A DNA stretch of 64,000 bases from Trichosphaerium sp. ATCC 40318 (taxonomy: Eukaryota > Protista > Tubulinea). The stretch is from contig JALMLS010000065.1 of the NCBI GenBank assembly GCA_038496445.1, forward strand, positions 427,335-491,334, given 5' to 3'. This document shows positions 1-11,573 of the stretch, piece after piece. The translations under genes were made by a program, and so were the position numbers. Position 1 is the stretch's first letter, and each line of letters starts with the position of its first letter. The notes beneath the pieces were generated by a model, which saw nothing but the letters and a program-made list of their open reading frames with translations, was not told the origin of the DNA and made no database searches.

Positions 1-1
1 G

Positions 2-685
2 GGAGTCAAAGCACTTGCTGGAGTTCACACTATTTACCTTAGTTACACTTCAGTAACTGACGAAGGAGTCAAAGCACTTGCTGGAGTTCATACTATTGAC
101 CTTAAGCACACTGCAGTAACTGATGAAGGTGTTAAATCACTTGCTGGAGCGCATACTATTGACCTGACTTACACTTCAGTAACAGATGAGGGTGTCAAAG
201 CACTTTCTGGAGCTCATACTATTAAGCTTGCTAAAACTAACGTGACAGATGAAGGGTTCAAAGCACTTTCTGGAGCTCACACTGTTGACCTTAGTTACAC
301 TTCAGTAACTGATGAAGGAGTCAAAGCACTTGCTGGAGTTCATACTATTAACCTTAGTAACACTTCAGTAACTGACGAAGGAGTCAAAGCACTTGCTGTA
401 GCTCACACTATTGACCTAAGTTACACTTCAGTAACTGATGAGGGAGTCAAAGCACTTGCTGGAGTTCACACTATTTACCTTAGTGACACTTCAGTAACTG
501 ATGAGGGTGTCAAAGCACTTGCTGGAGCTCACACTATTGGCCTTAGTAAAACTTCGGTAACAGATGAGGGTGTCAAAGCACTTGCTGGAGCACATTCTAT
601 CTACGCTTATGAAACTTCAGTATCTGAATCCCTCGCTGGTATTGAAGGGGTTAGAATGTTAATAGGGACTAACGTGTATATGTAA
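2..685 (+). CDS. Leucine-rich repeat protein, 21-aa tandem LRRs (5' part lies outside the window)
   Basis: Frame is open from nt 2 to TAA at 685. About 10 copies of GVKALAG(V/A)HTIxLSxTSVTDE encoded by 63-nt repeats; no intron in the visible part. Confidence 0.9.
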   Translation, partial: GVKALAGVHTIYLSYTSVTDEGVKALAGVHTIDLKHTAVTDEGVKSLAGAHTIDLTYTSVTDEGVKALSGAHTIKLAKTNVTDEGFKALSGAHTVDLSYTSVTDEGVKALAGVHTINLSNTSVTDEGVKALAVAHTIDLSYTSVTDEGVKALAGVHTIYLSDTSVTDEGVKALAGAHTIGLSKTSVTDEGVKALAGAHSIYAYETSVSESLAGIEGVRMLIGTNVYM

Positions 686-967
686 GCAACTTATACAGGC
701 AAAATAAAGATAACATGATTTAGTAGCTTTAGAGTTTGAAGTATGTGTTAATAGAGAACCTTCCTGCTATTGTAGGTACTAACACAGAAAAGAAATAATA
801 CAAACATCATCATTGTCCTGTTACCCTTCACTTTATAGCTACAATGCTTTCAAGACACGGGATAGATTGTACGCTTCAGCTCCAATCTGTCGCTTCGGTT
901 AAGACCAGAAGCTGACCTTTACTATCAAAGGCTTGTATATCGATAAAAAGATGAACAGTAACTGACC

Positions 968-1095
968 AACCTATTTAATGGGTATGCTTCGTTCTGTTGG
1001 TTTCAAACAAACATTCCCTTTACAGTATGTGAACTGAACAACCTATTTAGTGGTTATGATTCGTTCTGTTGGTTTCAAACAAGCGTTTCCTTTTA
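968..1095. repeat. Two imperfect direct copies of a ~55-bp unit (period ~72 bp)
   Basis: ACCTATTTA(A/G)TGG(G/T)TATG(C/A)TTCGTTCTGTTGGTTTCAAACAA occurs at ~969 and ~1041. Confidence 0.8.
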
Positions 1096-1147
1096 CTGTT
1101 CAAAAAGGCCTTGCAAACTTGCATAACTGTAACTTTTTATTGTCTCT

Positions 1148-3013
1148 TTAAGGTTGTCTCTTTTTGAGTACAACTGATAGATCTGGATTTGGCTCAACCA
1201 AGAACATTCCACTGTATGTATCTTCAACACTCATTGGATTTTCATTTTGATCTATTTAAATAAAAGGTTAGAAACGTGATGTGTATTTCGGAAACTATGA
1301 CATACCAGGTGGTCTTGATACTTCAAAGCGCTTTACCAATGATGATATTGTAACTACAAGCTCCATCACAGCCAATTGTTTACCGATACAATTACGAGGA
1401 CCTACTGAAAAAGGCATCCATCCAAACTTATCTCCAGTTGTTGAATCTAAAAATCGATTTGGATCAAACTCTTCAGCACGTTCCCTAAAGTTTACAGTCA
1501 GCCTAAGAATTATAAACTGGTGATGTATTACCATACACTTGAGTCTCTCATCATAACTGACTGATTGATGAAAACATCTTGTCCAGCAGGTACTACGACA
1601 TCCCCAAGTTTTGTCTCTTTTGCCACTGTACGTGGTAGGCTTACACTTGGCCCGAACAACCTTAACGTTTCCCTACATGTAGATATTAGTATAACTATGC
1701 TAATGGAGTAGCGAAATGAAGGTATTTATATATTCTTAGTAACGTACTTGATGAAGGCTTTTGTGTAAACGAAACTATTTAATTGTTGTTTTGTTGTTAT
1801 CTTTGAGTCACCAGCTTTTGCAATAAATGTTAGAAATATCACATCACTTTCTTCGCACGTATGAGTGTATTGGCTTCTTCCAATAGTTTTTGTTGAACAT
1901 TGGGGTATCTAGACATGACATACAACGACCATGCGAGTGTTATAGCGGTCTATGTTAGAAATCTTTAAGCATGAGAATAACCAAACCATTTTTGTGACGT
2001 ACTGTATCATGCCCAGCAAAGAAGAATAGTAATGACTCATCAACAATAACGTCATCACTAAGAATATCTGGATATTGCTTCTGAGCAAGCAACATCAACG
2101 TGATGAAATCTTGATGAGTGTTGTTGCTTAGATTCGCTTTTCTTCTTTCAATTGCTTCTTTTATTTTAGCATACAGCCCCGCACGTGTCTCTTCGAATAA
2201 CCTTAAAATAGAATACATTCAATTGTGGACACTGGTATACAAGTTGGACGTACTTGTGGTTCAAGAGTCCGCCAAATAGAATTTTAAAAGCCAAGAACAT
2301 TGCCGCTTCCTTTACTAGTCTTTTGAAAGCAATTGTTAAAAACTTGTAGTCGAAATCTTCACCGAATATTAGAGCGACAATCAATCGCATTGTCATGAAT
2401 ACAGTCTCTGATTTTGGTTCAATGTCGAGTCGCCCATTTGATTTGTCAACCTTGTCACAAAGATCATCAATACATTGTTCTGTAATGTCGGTTACAGTTG
2501 GTAACATTGCTGTCAAAGACTTGAAATGAAAAACGGGCGTTAAAAGTCTTCTTCTCGTCTTCCACAACTCGTTCGTCTGGAGTGTAACTAATCCTTGGCC
2601 AAGAAGTGTCGCAGTCTACAAACGTTAAAAAGGCTGAAGAGTCAAACAAAAATGAAAAAAACACGTGCGTTTTTGTAAATCATCATCGATTTAGGTGAGT
2701 TTTCGTGAATGAGAAGTTGTTTCGCATACATCGGATCACATACCGTTAAAACAACTTTACCCTGTATATTCATTTTCACTAGCTTGACATTCTTCCCATC
2801 CGCCGTCTTTGGCCACAATGACACTCGTTTGACAAAAATTTTTGGGTCACGAAGTAGCCTCCATAGTATGTTCTTATACTGTGGATGAATGGGTACGTCA
2901 GGGTATACGAAATATTGTTTAATGCATCCAACAATCTTTTTAAAATACAAACGATAAAATAGAACACATGCCACTGTAAACAACAGTAAAGCGATAGTCC
3001 AAATAATAATCAT
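1148..3013 (-). CDS. Cytochrome P450, copy 1 (CYP4-clan-like, multi-exon)
   Basis: N-terminal TM anchor, WKTRRRLLTPVFH (C-helix), FFAGHDT (I-helix), ETLR (K-helix), PNRF, haem motif PFSVGPRNCIG; stop TAA at 1148-1150. Confidence 0.95.
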
Positions 3014-3392
3014 AGCGTGCTAGTTGTGAGGTTATGATTGAATACTATATTTAAGAGGCATTGGAGTTAAGCCATTTAGAAGTTTACCAAGTGATATTTT
3101 GTTCACCTTGTCAGTGTACATTTATCCTTTCTCGAGGATTCTTGGATGTGCTACTAAAGAATTTTGGAACCACCAATTGAGTACATTTGGCTAATCAGAT
3201 TCTGGTCTGTTTTTTTTTTGGACATCTACAAAATACCAAATGAGGCTTTTTATTTTTAGTTTGGTACAACATACTGTACATTTCTCAATTCGAAACTATA
3301 GAAATAAACACATACTCACGCATATTGTATAGCTTTAGACGCAACTTTTACTAACAAGGTGCTGCAAAGTGAAGGTGATGTTCAAAGGATTA

Positions 3393-4780
3393 CTATTCTT
3401 TTTTAGTAACACCGTGTCCTTTTGGTTTATCCTCAGTTTTTGGAATAACAGATCCAGCAGCTAGTACAAGTATAAGGCAACAAATACGAAAACTCCAAGT
3501 ACCTTTAAGAGCTTTGGCAATGTTTGCAGTGTAGCTTCCTTGATATCTAGCGCCTTCAAGCTCTACTTCAGAGGGCTGGCGAGATCCGTCTGTATCAGTG
3601 ATAGTTGATGCGCCATATGGTGTGCAACCATCTACCAAAAGGTTCAACTAAACAATCAGTTTAGACAAAATTACTTACTGAGGACTAAACCACGCTGCCC
3701 ATTAAATGAATAAGGTACACCAGCTATGATCATACCTACGTTTTGTTAAATCATAGCAACGTACAAGATTTATTCTGTACCGTGATGCAACATAACAGTG
3801 TTCATGCTGAGAATAGTAGATTCTTGACCACCATGTTGTGACGCACTAGAAGTAAAAGCACCGCCTACTTTGCCTGCAAGGGCTCCCTGAGGTCAAGATG
3901 TAAGAAACATTGTTAGAGTCAATATAATTACCTTGTACCAAGCTCCAGTAGTAGAATCAATAAAGGTTTTCATCTATTTCCAATTAAAAATGTTACAGCA
4001 AGGAAGTATGTTGTAACATACCTGAGCGGAAGCCATCCCAAAGTGGGTAGGAGTACCAAAGATAACAGCATCATAGTTTCCAATATCCGCAGGATCAGCA
4101 ATAGGACGTTTGAAGATGTTTAAGACAAAAGGAGTTTGAAGTTTTAGAGTACTGTGTTGAGATTATGACAAATTACCCAAGTCTTGTCAAAATTGGGGCA
4201 TATCTTTGAAATACGGGTGTAGAAAGTCAACTTTCCACGTGATTTCATACACCACTTTTTTGTCGCAAAATGTTGTTTTTGTAAACAACTGTAGCTATGG
4301 CATCTACACGCATAGCGCATGCTATTTGTACACTTTCACAAAAAGAAGTATTATCATGCGTTTCAAAAACGAATTTGCTGGGAATAGCCTTAAAAGCGTC
4401 TCCAAGATATATTTTCGCGTATGCATACGCTTTATACATTGGTTAAATTCTCCAATTAAGTGAAAAAAGTAAAGAAAAAAAAGGTAGTTTAAGGCTTTAA
4501 AAAACCTGAATCTCTACCCTTAAGGCTGTACGTACATCTTGGAACTGCTTTTGCGCTTCAATAGCGTGCATAGCTTTAAGCGTATTTTCAGGCAAAGTCT
4601 CTGCTACACGCATCAAAGATACTTCAGCTCCAGATTGTTTTGCGCCGTCAGCAACTGCTTTGGCCATCTGAAAAACTTTGAAACAGAGTAAGCTATGAGT
4701 GTTAAACATGTTAATCACGACGTACTATGTCCATATGTTGAGTAAAACACTACTAGTACTTTCGGAGCTGCTTCGGCCAT
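3393..4780 (-). CDS. WrbA-family flavodoxin-like NAD(P)H:quinone oxidoreductase (multi-exon; one junction unresolved)
   Basis: Exons read [83 protein letters not shown]. Confidence 0.9.
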
Positions 4781-5128
4781 GCTTTAAATTAGATTTTTCT
4801 GATAAATTTTACCGTAAAAATGGTAAAGTTTTTATGATAAGCTGAATCGCCGAAATCTCACCTTATTTCGCATGGTTCCTAGTAGAAGTTTTTTACGAGA
4901 TTGTGCCAATTTGATCCATGTTATTAGTATGTCGCAGGATTCTTGACTGAAATAGCTGTTCGCGATGTATGCTACTTTTCGGCGATACATTTATTTCCAC
5001 GAAAGTATGCTTTGGCCAATAAGGTTTTTTCGAACAAACCAAACGTGCCTACTCAATTTCGCGAAAGTAGAGCAAACTTAGTTGACCACCTTGGTAAAAA
5101 AAAAGTGAGCCTAAAAATAAACGTAATC

Positions 5129-6231
5129 ATGAAGGAGTTTACCACGACCGACATGAGTTCTGATGTTCCTACAAAGTTTTAATAGTAATCTACATTGTAG
5201 TTTGCAAAAGTTCCGTAGATGGTATTATCTAATTTTATCACGTGATGAACTTTCGCCTTCGAGAAGGATTCAGCGTTTCATTACAATTATGTTTAATATA
5301 TGACAAGGAACTGGTCTCAGCTACATTCACATGTTCACAGATCCTTTTACGAGTTTGCATTGATTCATGTTTAGGAGTTTTTGGTAGTTTTTCGTCACAA
5401 CAGTATGTGTACCATTTGCAATGTGTTTTCTTGCGTTTTGTTGATGTCGATGCAAACAGCAGATAGAACTAGAGATAGCACAAAACTTGCACGTATTGTA
5501 GTTACCGCCTACTAACAACTGGATGTTCCGAAGTTTTTTTGAAAATGTTGTATTGTTAGCAGTCTTCGGAACATCTCCCTGCAGTAGCGTTTGTTCAATA
5601 CAAGCTTATCTTTGTACCTGGTTTTTACTAGTAAGAGTGGCAGAAAATACAACCTTAAGGCGAGCCACGTGTCAGGTAAAGTCGTTCTTACGATGAAAAC
5701 CTTTCAGATAACGGTGAGAATACTCAAACTGACTTTTTGGCAGCACTTGCTACTTCTAAACTCGTCATGCAAATCATCGTTGATATTCTCGACTGGACGC
5801 TAAGTAAACCTGTACCTCCACAGTTTATTGTAAACAACACTGTTGGTTTAATCCAATTACGCTCGTTTACGTCTGTATCTATTCATATCTATAATCTGAC
5901 GCGTGCTTGTTTATTTTTAACAGTTTTAACGTCATTTTGGGGATTTGTCGGCGTATTCGTTGGTTTCCGGGCTGTGCAGTACGCTATTAAGAAATGCAAA
6001 GAATATGAACACCCTGGAGACGCTACAAGGGTAACACCACGCGAATATGGTATTTTAAGAAACACAGCTATGCTTTCATCGGGAGCTGCATTGACTTCTT
6101 GGTTTATTGAGTTAGGCACTGTTCATTATTTAACAATTTTGGCTGGCACAAACCTATTGAACTGCCTTATTGCATATCGTACTGTATTTTTAATAATGGC
6201 ACCACGTGGAAGATATATTGGACCAACTTAA
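5129..6231 (+). CDS. Hypothetical multi-pass membrane protein (5' exons uncertain)
   Basis: Last exon (~5920-6231) encodes several hydrophobic helices; upstream exons and the start codon are only tentatively placed. Confidence 0.45.
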
Positions 6232-6463
6232 CTTAAATCACGTGTACCAATTGTAAGCTTTAGTCATGATACATTAGTGCAATATGTACAACTTGTAAAT
6301 AAACAGTTCTGCACTATGAGCGTTACCGCCCTTGTCTAGACTAACAGTGGTTATTTTTCAGGCATTTTACAAAGTTTGCCATTGCACTGATGTCTTGGTC
6401 GTCAGTTAACTTTTCAGTCGTTGATTTATCACGAGATGTTTTGGTTTTATTATCTCATTTTTA

Positions 6464-8828
6464 TTATCTCTTTTTGAGTACAACTGATAGATCTGGATTT
6501 GGCTCAACCAAGAACATTCCACTGTATGTATCTTTGGCACTCATTGGATTTTCATTTTGATCTATTTAAATAAAAAGGTTAGGTGTTAAGAGATGTTTTC
6601 TGGTTACAAATATTTCAAATATTACTAATATTCCAAATATTATGAAATAAATGTAACACTTGAAACAAAACAGAAAAGCGCGACCAAACTACCGTAGAAC
6701 GCTTTTCAGGTGTTTAGCGTAACTTTTAACAACCGACTGACAAAAAGTTTGGCAGGTTTTTCAACAATTTCGCAACATTTAAAACATTTGCAATATTTGA
6801 AATATTTGAAATATTTTGAAATATGTAAACATCTCTTATGAAACCTGATGTGTATTTCGGAAACTATGACATACCAGGTGGTCTTGATACTTCAAAGCGT
6901 TTTACCAATGATGATATTGTAACTACAAGCTCCATCACAGCCAATTGTTTACCGATACAGTTACGAGGACCTACTGAAAAAGGCATCCATCCAAACTTAT
7001 CTCCAGTTGTTGAATCTAAAAATCGAGTTGGATCAAACTCTTCAGCACGTTCCCTAAAGTTTAAACATTAGCACAGCGAAAAAAACATGCGCACGACTAC
7101 CAGACACTTGAGTCTCTCATTATAAGTGTCTGGATCAGGAACACATCTTGTCCAGCAGGTATTACGACATCCCCAAGTTTTGTCTCTTTTGCCACTGTAC
7201 GTGGTAGTGTCATAACAGGAGAGAACAACCGAAGCGTTTCCCTATAATATTGTATACCACGCGTTAATATAATGACACTTGAGGTAGTTGTGACATACTT
7301 GATGAAGGCTTTTGTGTAAACGAAACTATTTAATTGTTGTTTTGTTGTTATCTTTGAGTCACCAGCTTTTGCAATAAATGTTAGAAATGTCACATCAATT
7401 TATTCATACGTATGAGTGTATTGGCTTCTTCCAATAGTTTTTGTTGAACGTTGGGATATCTAGACATAACATACAGAGACCATGCGAGTGTTATAGCGGT
7501 CTATGTTAGAAATCTTTAAGCATGAGAATAACCAAACCGTTTTAGTGACGTACTGTATCATGCCCAGCAAAGAAGAATAGTAATGACTCATCAACAATAA
7601 CGTCATCATTAAGAAGATCTGGATATTGCTTCTGAGCAAGTAACATCAATGTGATTAAATCTTGATGAGTGTTGTTGCTTAGATTCGCTTTTCTTCTTTC
7701 AATAGCTTCTTTTATTTTACCAAGTAGCTCAGCACGTGTTTTACGGAACGGCCTTTAAAACGTAAGAAAGCACTACAAATGCGCATAAAAGAAATACAAC
7801 GTACTTGTGATCCCACAGGCCACCAAAAAGGGCTTCAAGAAGCATAAACATACCAAACTCTTTGAAAAGTTTTTTGAAAGTAACAGTCATAAACTTGTAG
7901 TCGAAGTCTTCACCAAATATTAGAGCGACAATCAACCGCATTGTCATGAATACAGTCTCTGATTTTGGTTGAATATCGAGTCGCCCATTTGATTTGTCAA
8001 CCTTGTCACAAAGATCATCAATACATTGCTCTGTAATGTCGGTTACAGTTGGTAACATTGCCGTCAAAGACTTGAAATGAAAAACGGGCGTTAAAAGTCT
8101 TCTTCTCGTCTTCCACAACTCATTCGTCTGGAGTGTAACTAAGCCTAAACCCAACAGCACCACAGCCTATAATACTGTAAATTATCACGAACAAAAAAGG
8201 AATTTTGACCCGAAATAGCTATTTTGTGTTAGCTTTTGACCCGATTTTTCGAGACCGGTTATGAACATAGGTAGCCTTGTGCAACTCTGCAAGCTACACC
8301 ATTAGTGTATCCTTATGGAGTACTCTACGTGAGGCTAAGAGAACAAAGTCATGTGCGTGCTACAAATCGAGAGTGGCCTTTTAAAAAGTACGAGTAGTAA
8401 ATGTTAAAACCAAATAGCGTTATTTCAGGTCAAATCCTCATAAAACAGTTGAGAAAGTAACGAAAAACTGACACTTGACGCACGTTTGTGTACATTATCA
8501 TCGATTTAGGTGAGTTTTCGTGAATGAGAAGTTGTTTCGCATATACTGGATCAGATACCGCTAAAACAACTCTACCCTGAACATTCATTTTCACTAGCTT
8601 ACTATGCTTCCCTTCCACCGTCTTTGGCCACAAATCAATCCTGTCAGGGTATCGTTTTGGGTCTGGTAATAACCGCCATTCAAAATTCTTAAATTGTGGA
8701 TGTGTAGGCAGGTTAGGATATACGTAGTATTGTTTGAAATATCCAATAATCTTTTTGCTGTACAAACGGCAAAATAAAACTAAAACAACCGTAAATAGTA
8801 AAGCGAGCAATGTCCAGATAATAATCAT
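6464..8828 (-). CDS. Cytochrome P450, copy 2 (tandem paralogue of 1148-3013)
   Basis: Same exon structure and motifs (FFAGHDT, ETLR, PFSVGPRNCIG); long stretches near-identical to copy 1; ATG 8828, TAA 6464-6466. Confidence 0.95.
6589..6836. mobile_element. MITE (248 bp) with 10-bp TIRs and TA target-site duplication, in the last intron of P450 copy 2
   Basis: TA|AGAGATGTTT...AAACATCTCT|TA; subterminal inverted CAAATATTTCAAATATT / AATATTTGAAATATTTG; absent from the equivalent intron of copy 1 (~1253-1293). Confidence 0.85.
8198..8438. mobile_element. Second, older MITE-like insertion (~240 bp) in intron 1 of P450 copy 2
   Basis: Imperfect TIRs AGGAATTTTGACCCGAAATAGCTATTTTG vs CAAATAGCGTTATTTCAGGTCAAATCCT; the intron is 317 nt versus 53 nt in copy 1; no clean TSD. 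Confidence 0.6.
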
Positions 8829-9128
8829 TTGCTTTCCATGTACATAAAATGGTATGACACAAAGTACGCGGAGAAACAAATGTTCCGCAAGAAAAAGTCA
8901 AAAAAAAATGAGTTTTCGAAAAAGTAGATGTTCCTGCCGTTGAAGTATAGCATCCTATCTACAATGTGTTATTACCTGGTAGCCTAAAACAATGGAAAGA
9001 GGGTCATGCTTAAGGGTTGCACTTAATTAGGCAGACTTGGGGAAAAAGGGTAAACAAGCTAACAATAAAAGGGTACACAACATTTTTCTAAGTCTATTTT
9101 TAAACTTGTTAGCATTCCTTTAGAGCTT

Positions 9129-9740
9129 TTACCATTCATCTTCCTTGTTCACTTTCCTTGTATCTCTTATGTAATTACAATGCTCCAATAACTTGCCATC
9201 AAAGAATCCCACTCGATGATGACTACCATTAACAAAGTGTGCTAATTTCCTTGCTCTTTCAATTGGCCATGTCATGGAAAACTTTATACTCTCCTTCCAA
9301 TTTACCATTGACAAAATTTCTCTGGTATGCCAACTGACCATTCCCATACCAAATCTTTGAGTCTCCTTCTTGCTTACCTCTAACATTGGCTATACTAGTA
9401 CTAACATCAAATGGATTGCTTTTAATACTCTAGTGTTAAACCATTGTTTACAATAACCATGTGACAGACCGTGCTTTAGCTCCACTTGATGATGAAGCAA
9501 ATACTTTGATGTGTTTTTATCAAAGCAATATCGTTGCCACTTGCCATGTTAAGTTCGATGTTTTTGTTGTGTTTGAGAACATGTTTTCCTTTTTTACAGA
9601 TACAAAAGTTGGTTGACACTTGACATAATGTAGTAGCTGTGATTGTGTAAAATTGACTTTACAATTTGCTTGGACGACATACTTCAAACCAAATCTCGTT
9701 CTCGCCGCTTCCGAAATGGAAGAGCAGCTTTTTTAGTGGA
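9129..9740 (-). pseudogene. Frameshifted F-box/MORN-variant repeat pseudogene
   Basis: Fragments in different frames: EIWFEVCR, HGKWQRY..LKHGLSHGYCKQWF, GKQEGDSKIWYGNGQLAYQRNFVNGKLEGEYKVFHD, broken by stops and frameshifts without usable splice sites. Confidence 0.7.
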
Positions 9741-10057
9741 ATTTGGCGCCCCCTGTGGCAGTATCGACACCGTCCTAAGGCGCTAATAGGCCTGATCAAG
9801 AAAAGCAGTAAATTCGATCATTTACACCAGAGCACATTTACACCAGAGCACTGGAATAGTTATATTTTTGAAGCATACATTGCGCTCCACGGTTTGCATG
9901 CGGATGGGTGTTGCTGAAATTTTAACGATTTTACTACGGCATCCTACGGTGCCCATAATTTTGTCACATGACCTCTATGCGACGTAAATGCGTCGACACT
10001 AGTGAGAATGCGGAGAAAGATGGAGATTCTGAGAAATCGCCAAAACCATGGTTCTCT

Positions 10058-10186
10058 GATTAGGATCTATGGCTGTTTGCGTTTAAATTACTGTTAACTG
10101 AATGGTAATTTCCATTTCGCCAAATAGCCTTCACGGATTGGATTTATGGCTGTTTGCGTTTAAATTACTGTTAACTGAATGGTAAT
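10058..10186. repeat. Two direct copies of a ~50-bp unit (period ~78 bp) between the divergent MORN genes
   Basis: GATTGGAT(C/T)TATGGCTGTTTGCGTTTAAATTACTGTTAACTGAATGGTAAT occurs twice. Confidence 0.85.
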
Positions 10187-10733
10187 ATAAAACACTTGAC
10201 TGTGATAAGTACACTGTGCATAATCTTGTAAAATTAGAGAGCGTGCCCTTAAAGCAAGAAGCTAGCACGCACATAAACGAATACAAAGGCTACTATAAAC
10301 TCATTCGGTTGTGTTAACTGGAACAGCCATTTACCGCATTAGCAAGCTATATTTTAGAACTATCAATCGATACACGTAAGTTAAACACAAACTATATTCT
10401 TGAACAAAGAGGCCAACTGTTTGGTGAACAATACTCATCTCAGATTTTTTTACCGAAGTCATAATTTTGCTTTTACGAATAATGTGTAACATCCACTTAA
10501 ACGTTTTCTTCAGTTTTTTGTGGCATTTTGGCCAAAACTATTGCCGTTTTCGGGTTTTTACATCTCTCTCAATGCGTCTTGAAACATGTACAAATAGTCA
10601 CTCTTGCCTCTTGTGCTCAAAAGGCTGTACGACGGCTAGAAACTTTTAAGTGGATGCAAACATGTCGCCGACAAAAAATATGCCTTTGTAAGTCGTTTTC
10701 TAATTTTTTTTAGATTTGTTGGTACACAAAAAG

Positions 10734-11573
10734 ATGTCTTGTTCTACAAATGTACTGGATCTTCCTTGTGAGATTCAAGAGTATATTTGCACTTTCAATA
10801 TTGAAGTATTTACAAAATTCCATACGCTGAGTAAGAGAGCAGCAGCTAATACACATTACGATATAGAATTAGAAAAGAAAGGAAAGTGGATAAGGTGGTA
10901 TAAAAGTGGCAAAGTACAGGTTCATGAATATGTAAAAAATGGACTATCTAAAGCATGGTACGAACGTGGAACACTTAAAAGGCAGTACAAGGTGGTTAAT
11001 GGTACAATCAATGGTGAATTCAAAGAGTGGTATGAAAATGGGCAACTCAAACAACAATCTGTGTATGTTGATGGTAAAATCAATGGTGAATTTAAAAAGT
11101 GGCATGAAAATGGACGAATCAAAGAGCAATCTGCGTATGTTGATGGTAAAATCAACGGTGAATCCAAAGAGTGGCATGAAAATGGACGAATCAAAGAGCA
11201 ATGTATGTGTGTTGATGGTATCGAAAATGGTGAATCCAAAGAGTGGTATGAAAATGGAACACTTAAGAGACAGTGCAAGATGGTTAATGGTACAATCAAT
11301 GGTGAATCCAAAGAGTGGTATGAAAATGGACAACTCAAAGCCCAATGTATGTGTGTTGATAGTAATGTCAATGGTGAATTTAAAAAGTGGTATGAAAACG
11401 GACAACTCAAACATCAGTGCATGTATGTTGATGGTAAATTCAATGGTGAATTAAAAGAGTGGTATGAAAATGGACAACTCAAAGTAAAGTTGATGAGTGT
11501 TGATGGCAAAATCAAAGGTGAATTCAAAGAGTGGCATGAAAATGGACGACTCTCATACCAATGTTTTGTATAG
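10734..11573 (+). CDS. F-box-like + MORN-variant repeat protein, intronless coding region
   Basis: N-terminal VLDLPCEIQEYICTF (F-box-like), then ~9 repeats of 24 aa (NGEFKEWYENGQLKxQxxYVDGKI) from 72-nt DNA repeats. Confidence 0.9.
   Translation: MSCSTNVLDLPCEIQEYICTFNIEVFTKFHTLSKRAAANTHYDIELEKKGKWIRWYKSGKVQVHEYVKNGLSKAWYERGTLKRQYKVVNGTINGEFKEWYENGQLKQQSVYVDGKINGEFKKWHENGRIKEQSAYVDGKINGESKEWHENGRIKEQCMCVDGIENGESKEWYENGTLKRQCKMVNGTINGESKEWYENGQLKAQCMCVDSNVNGEFKKWYENGQLKHQCMYVDGKFNGELKEWYENGQLKVKLMSVDGKIKGEFKEWHENGRLSYQCFV

Noticed and set aside
4106-4410. U12-type AT-AC intron inside WrbA intron 2 (TCTTAAAC then AC at the 3' boundary)
   Set aside because: No exact ATATCCT donor, and the implied micro-exon gives an implausible peptide.
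10922-11454. Three long overlapping ORFs on other frames and strands of the MORN gene
   Set aside because: Shadow ORFs produced by the stop-poor 72-nt repeat.
1-11573. Integrated giant-virus genome segment
   Set aside because: Only repeat-protein families shared with viruses; no capsid, polymerase, packaging ATPase or other core viral gene, and intron-rich host genes are interleaved.
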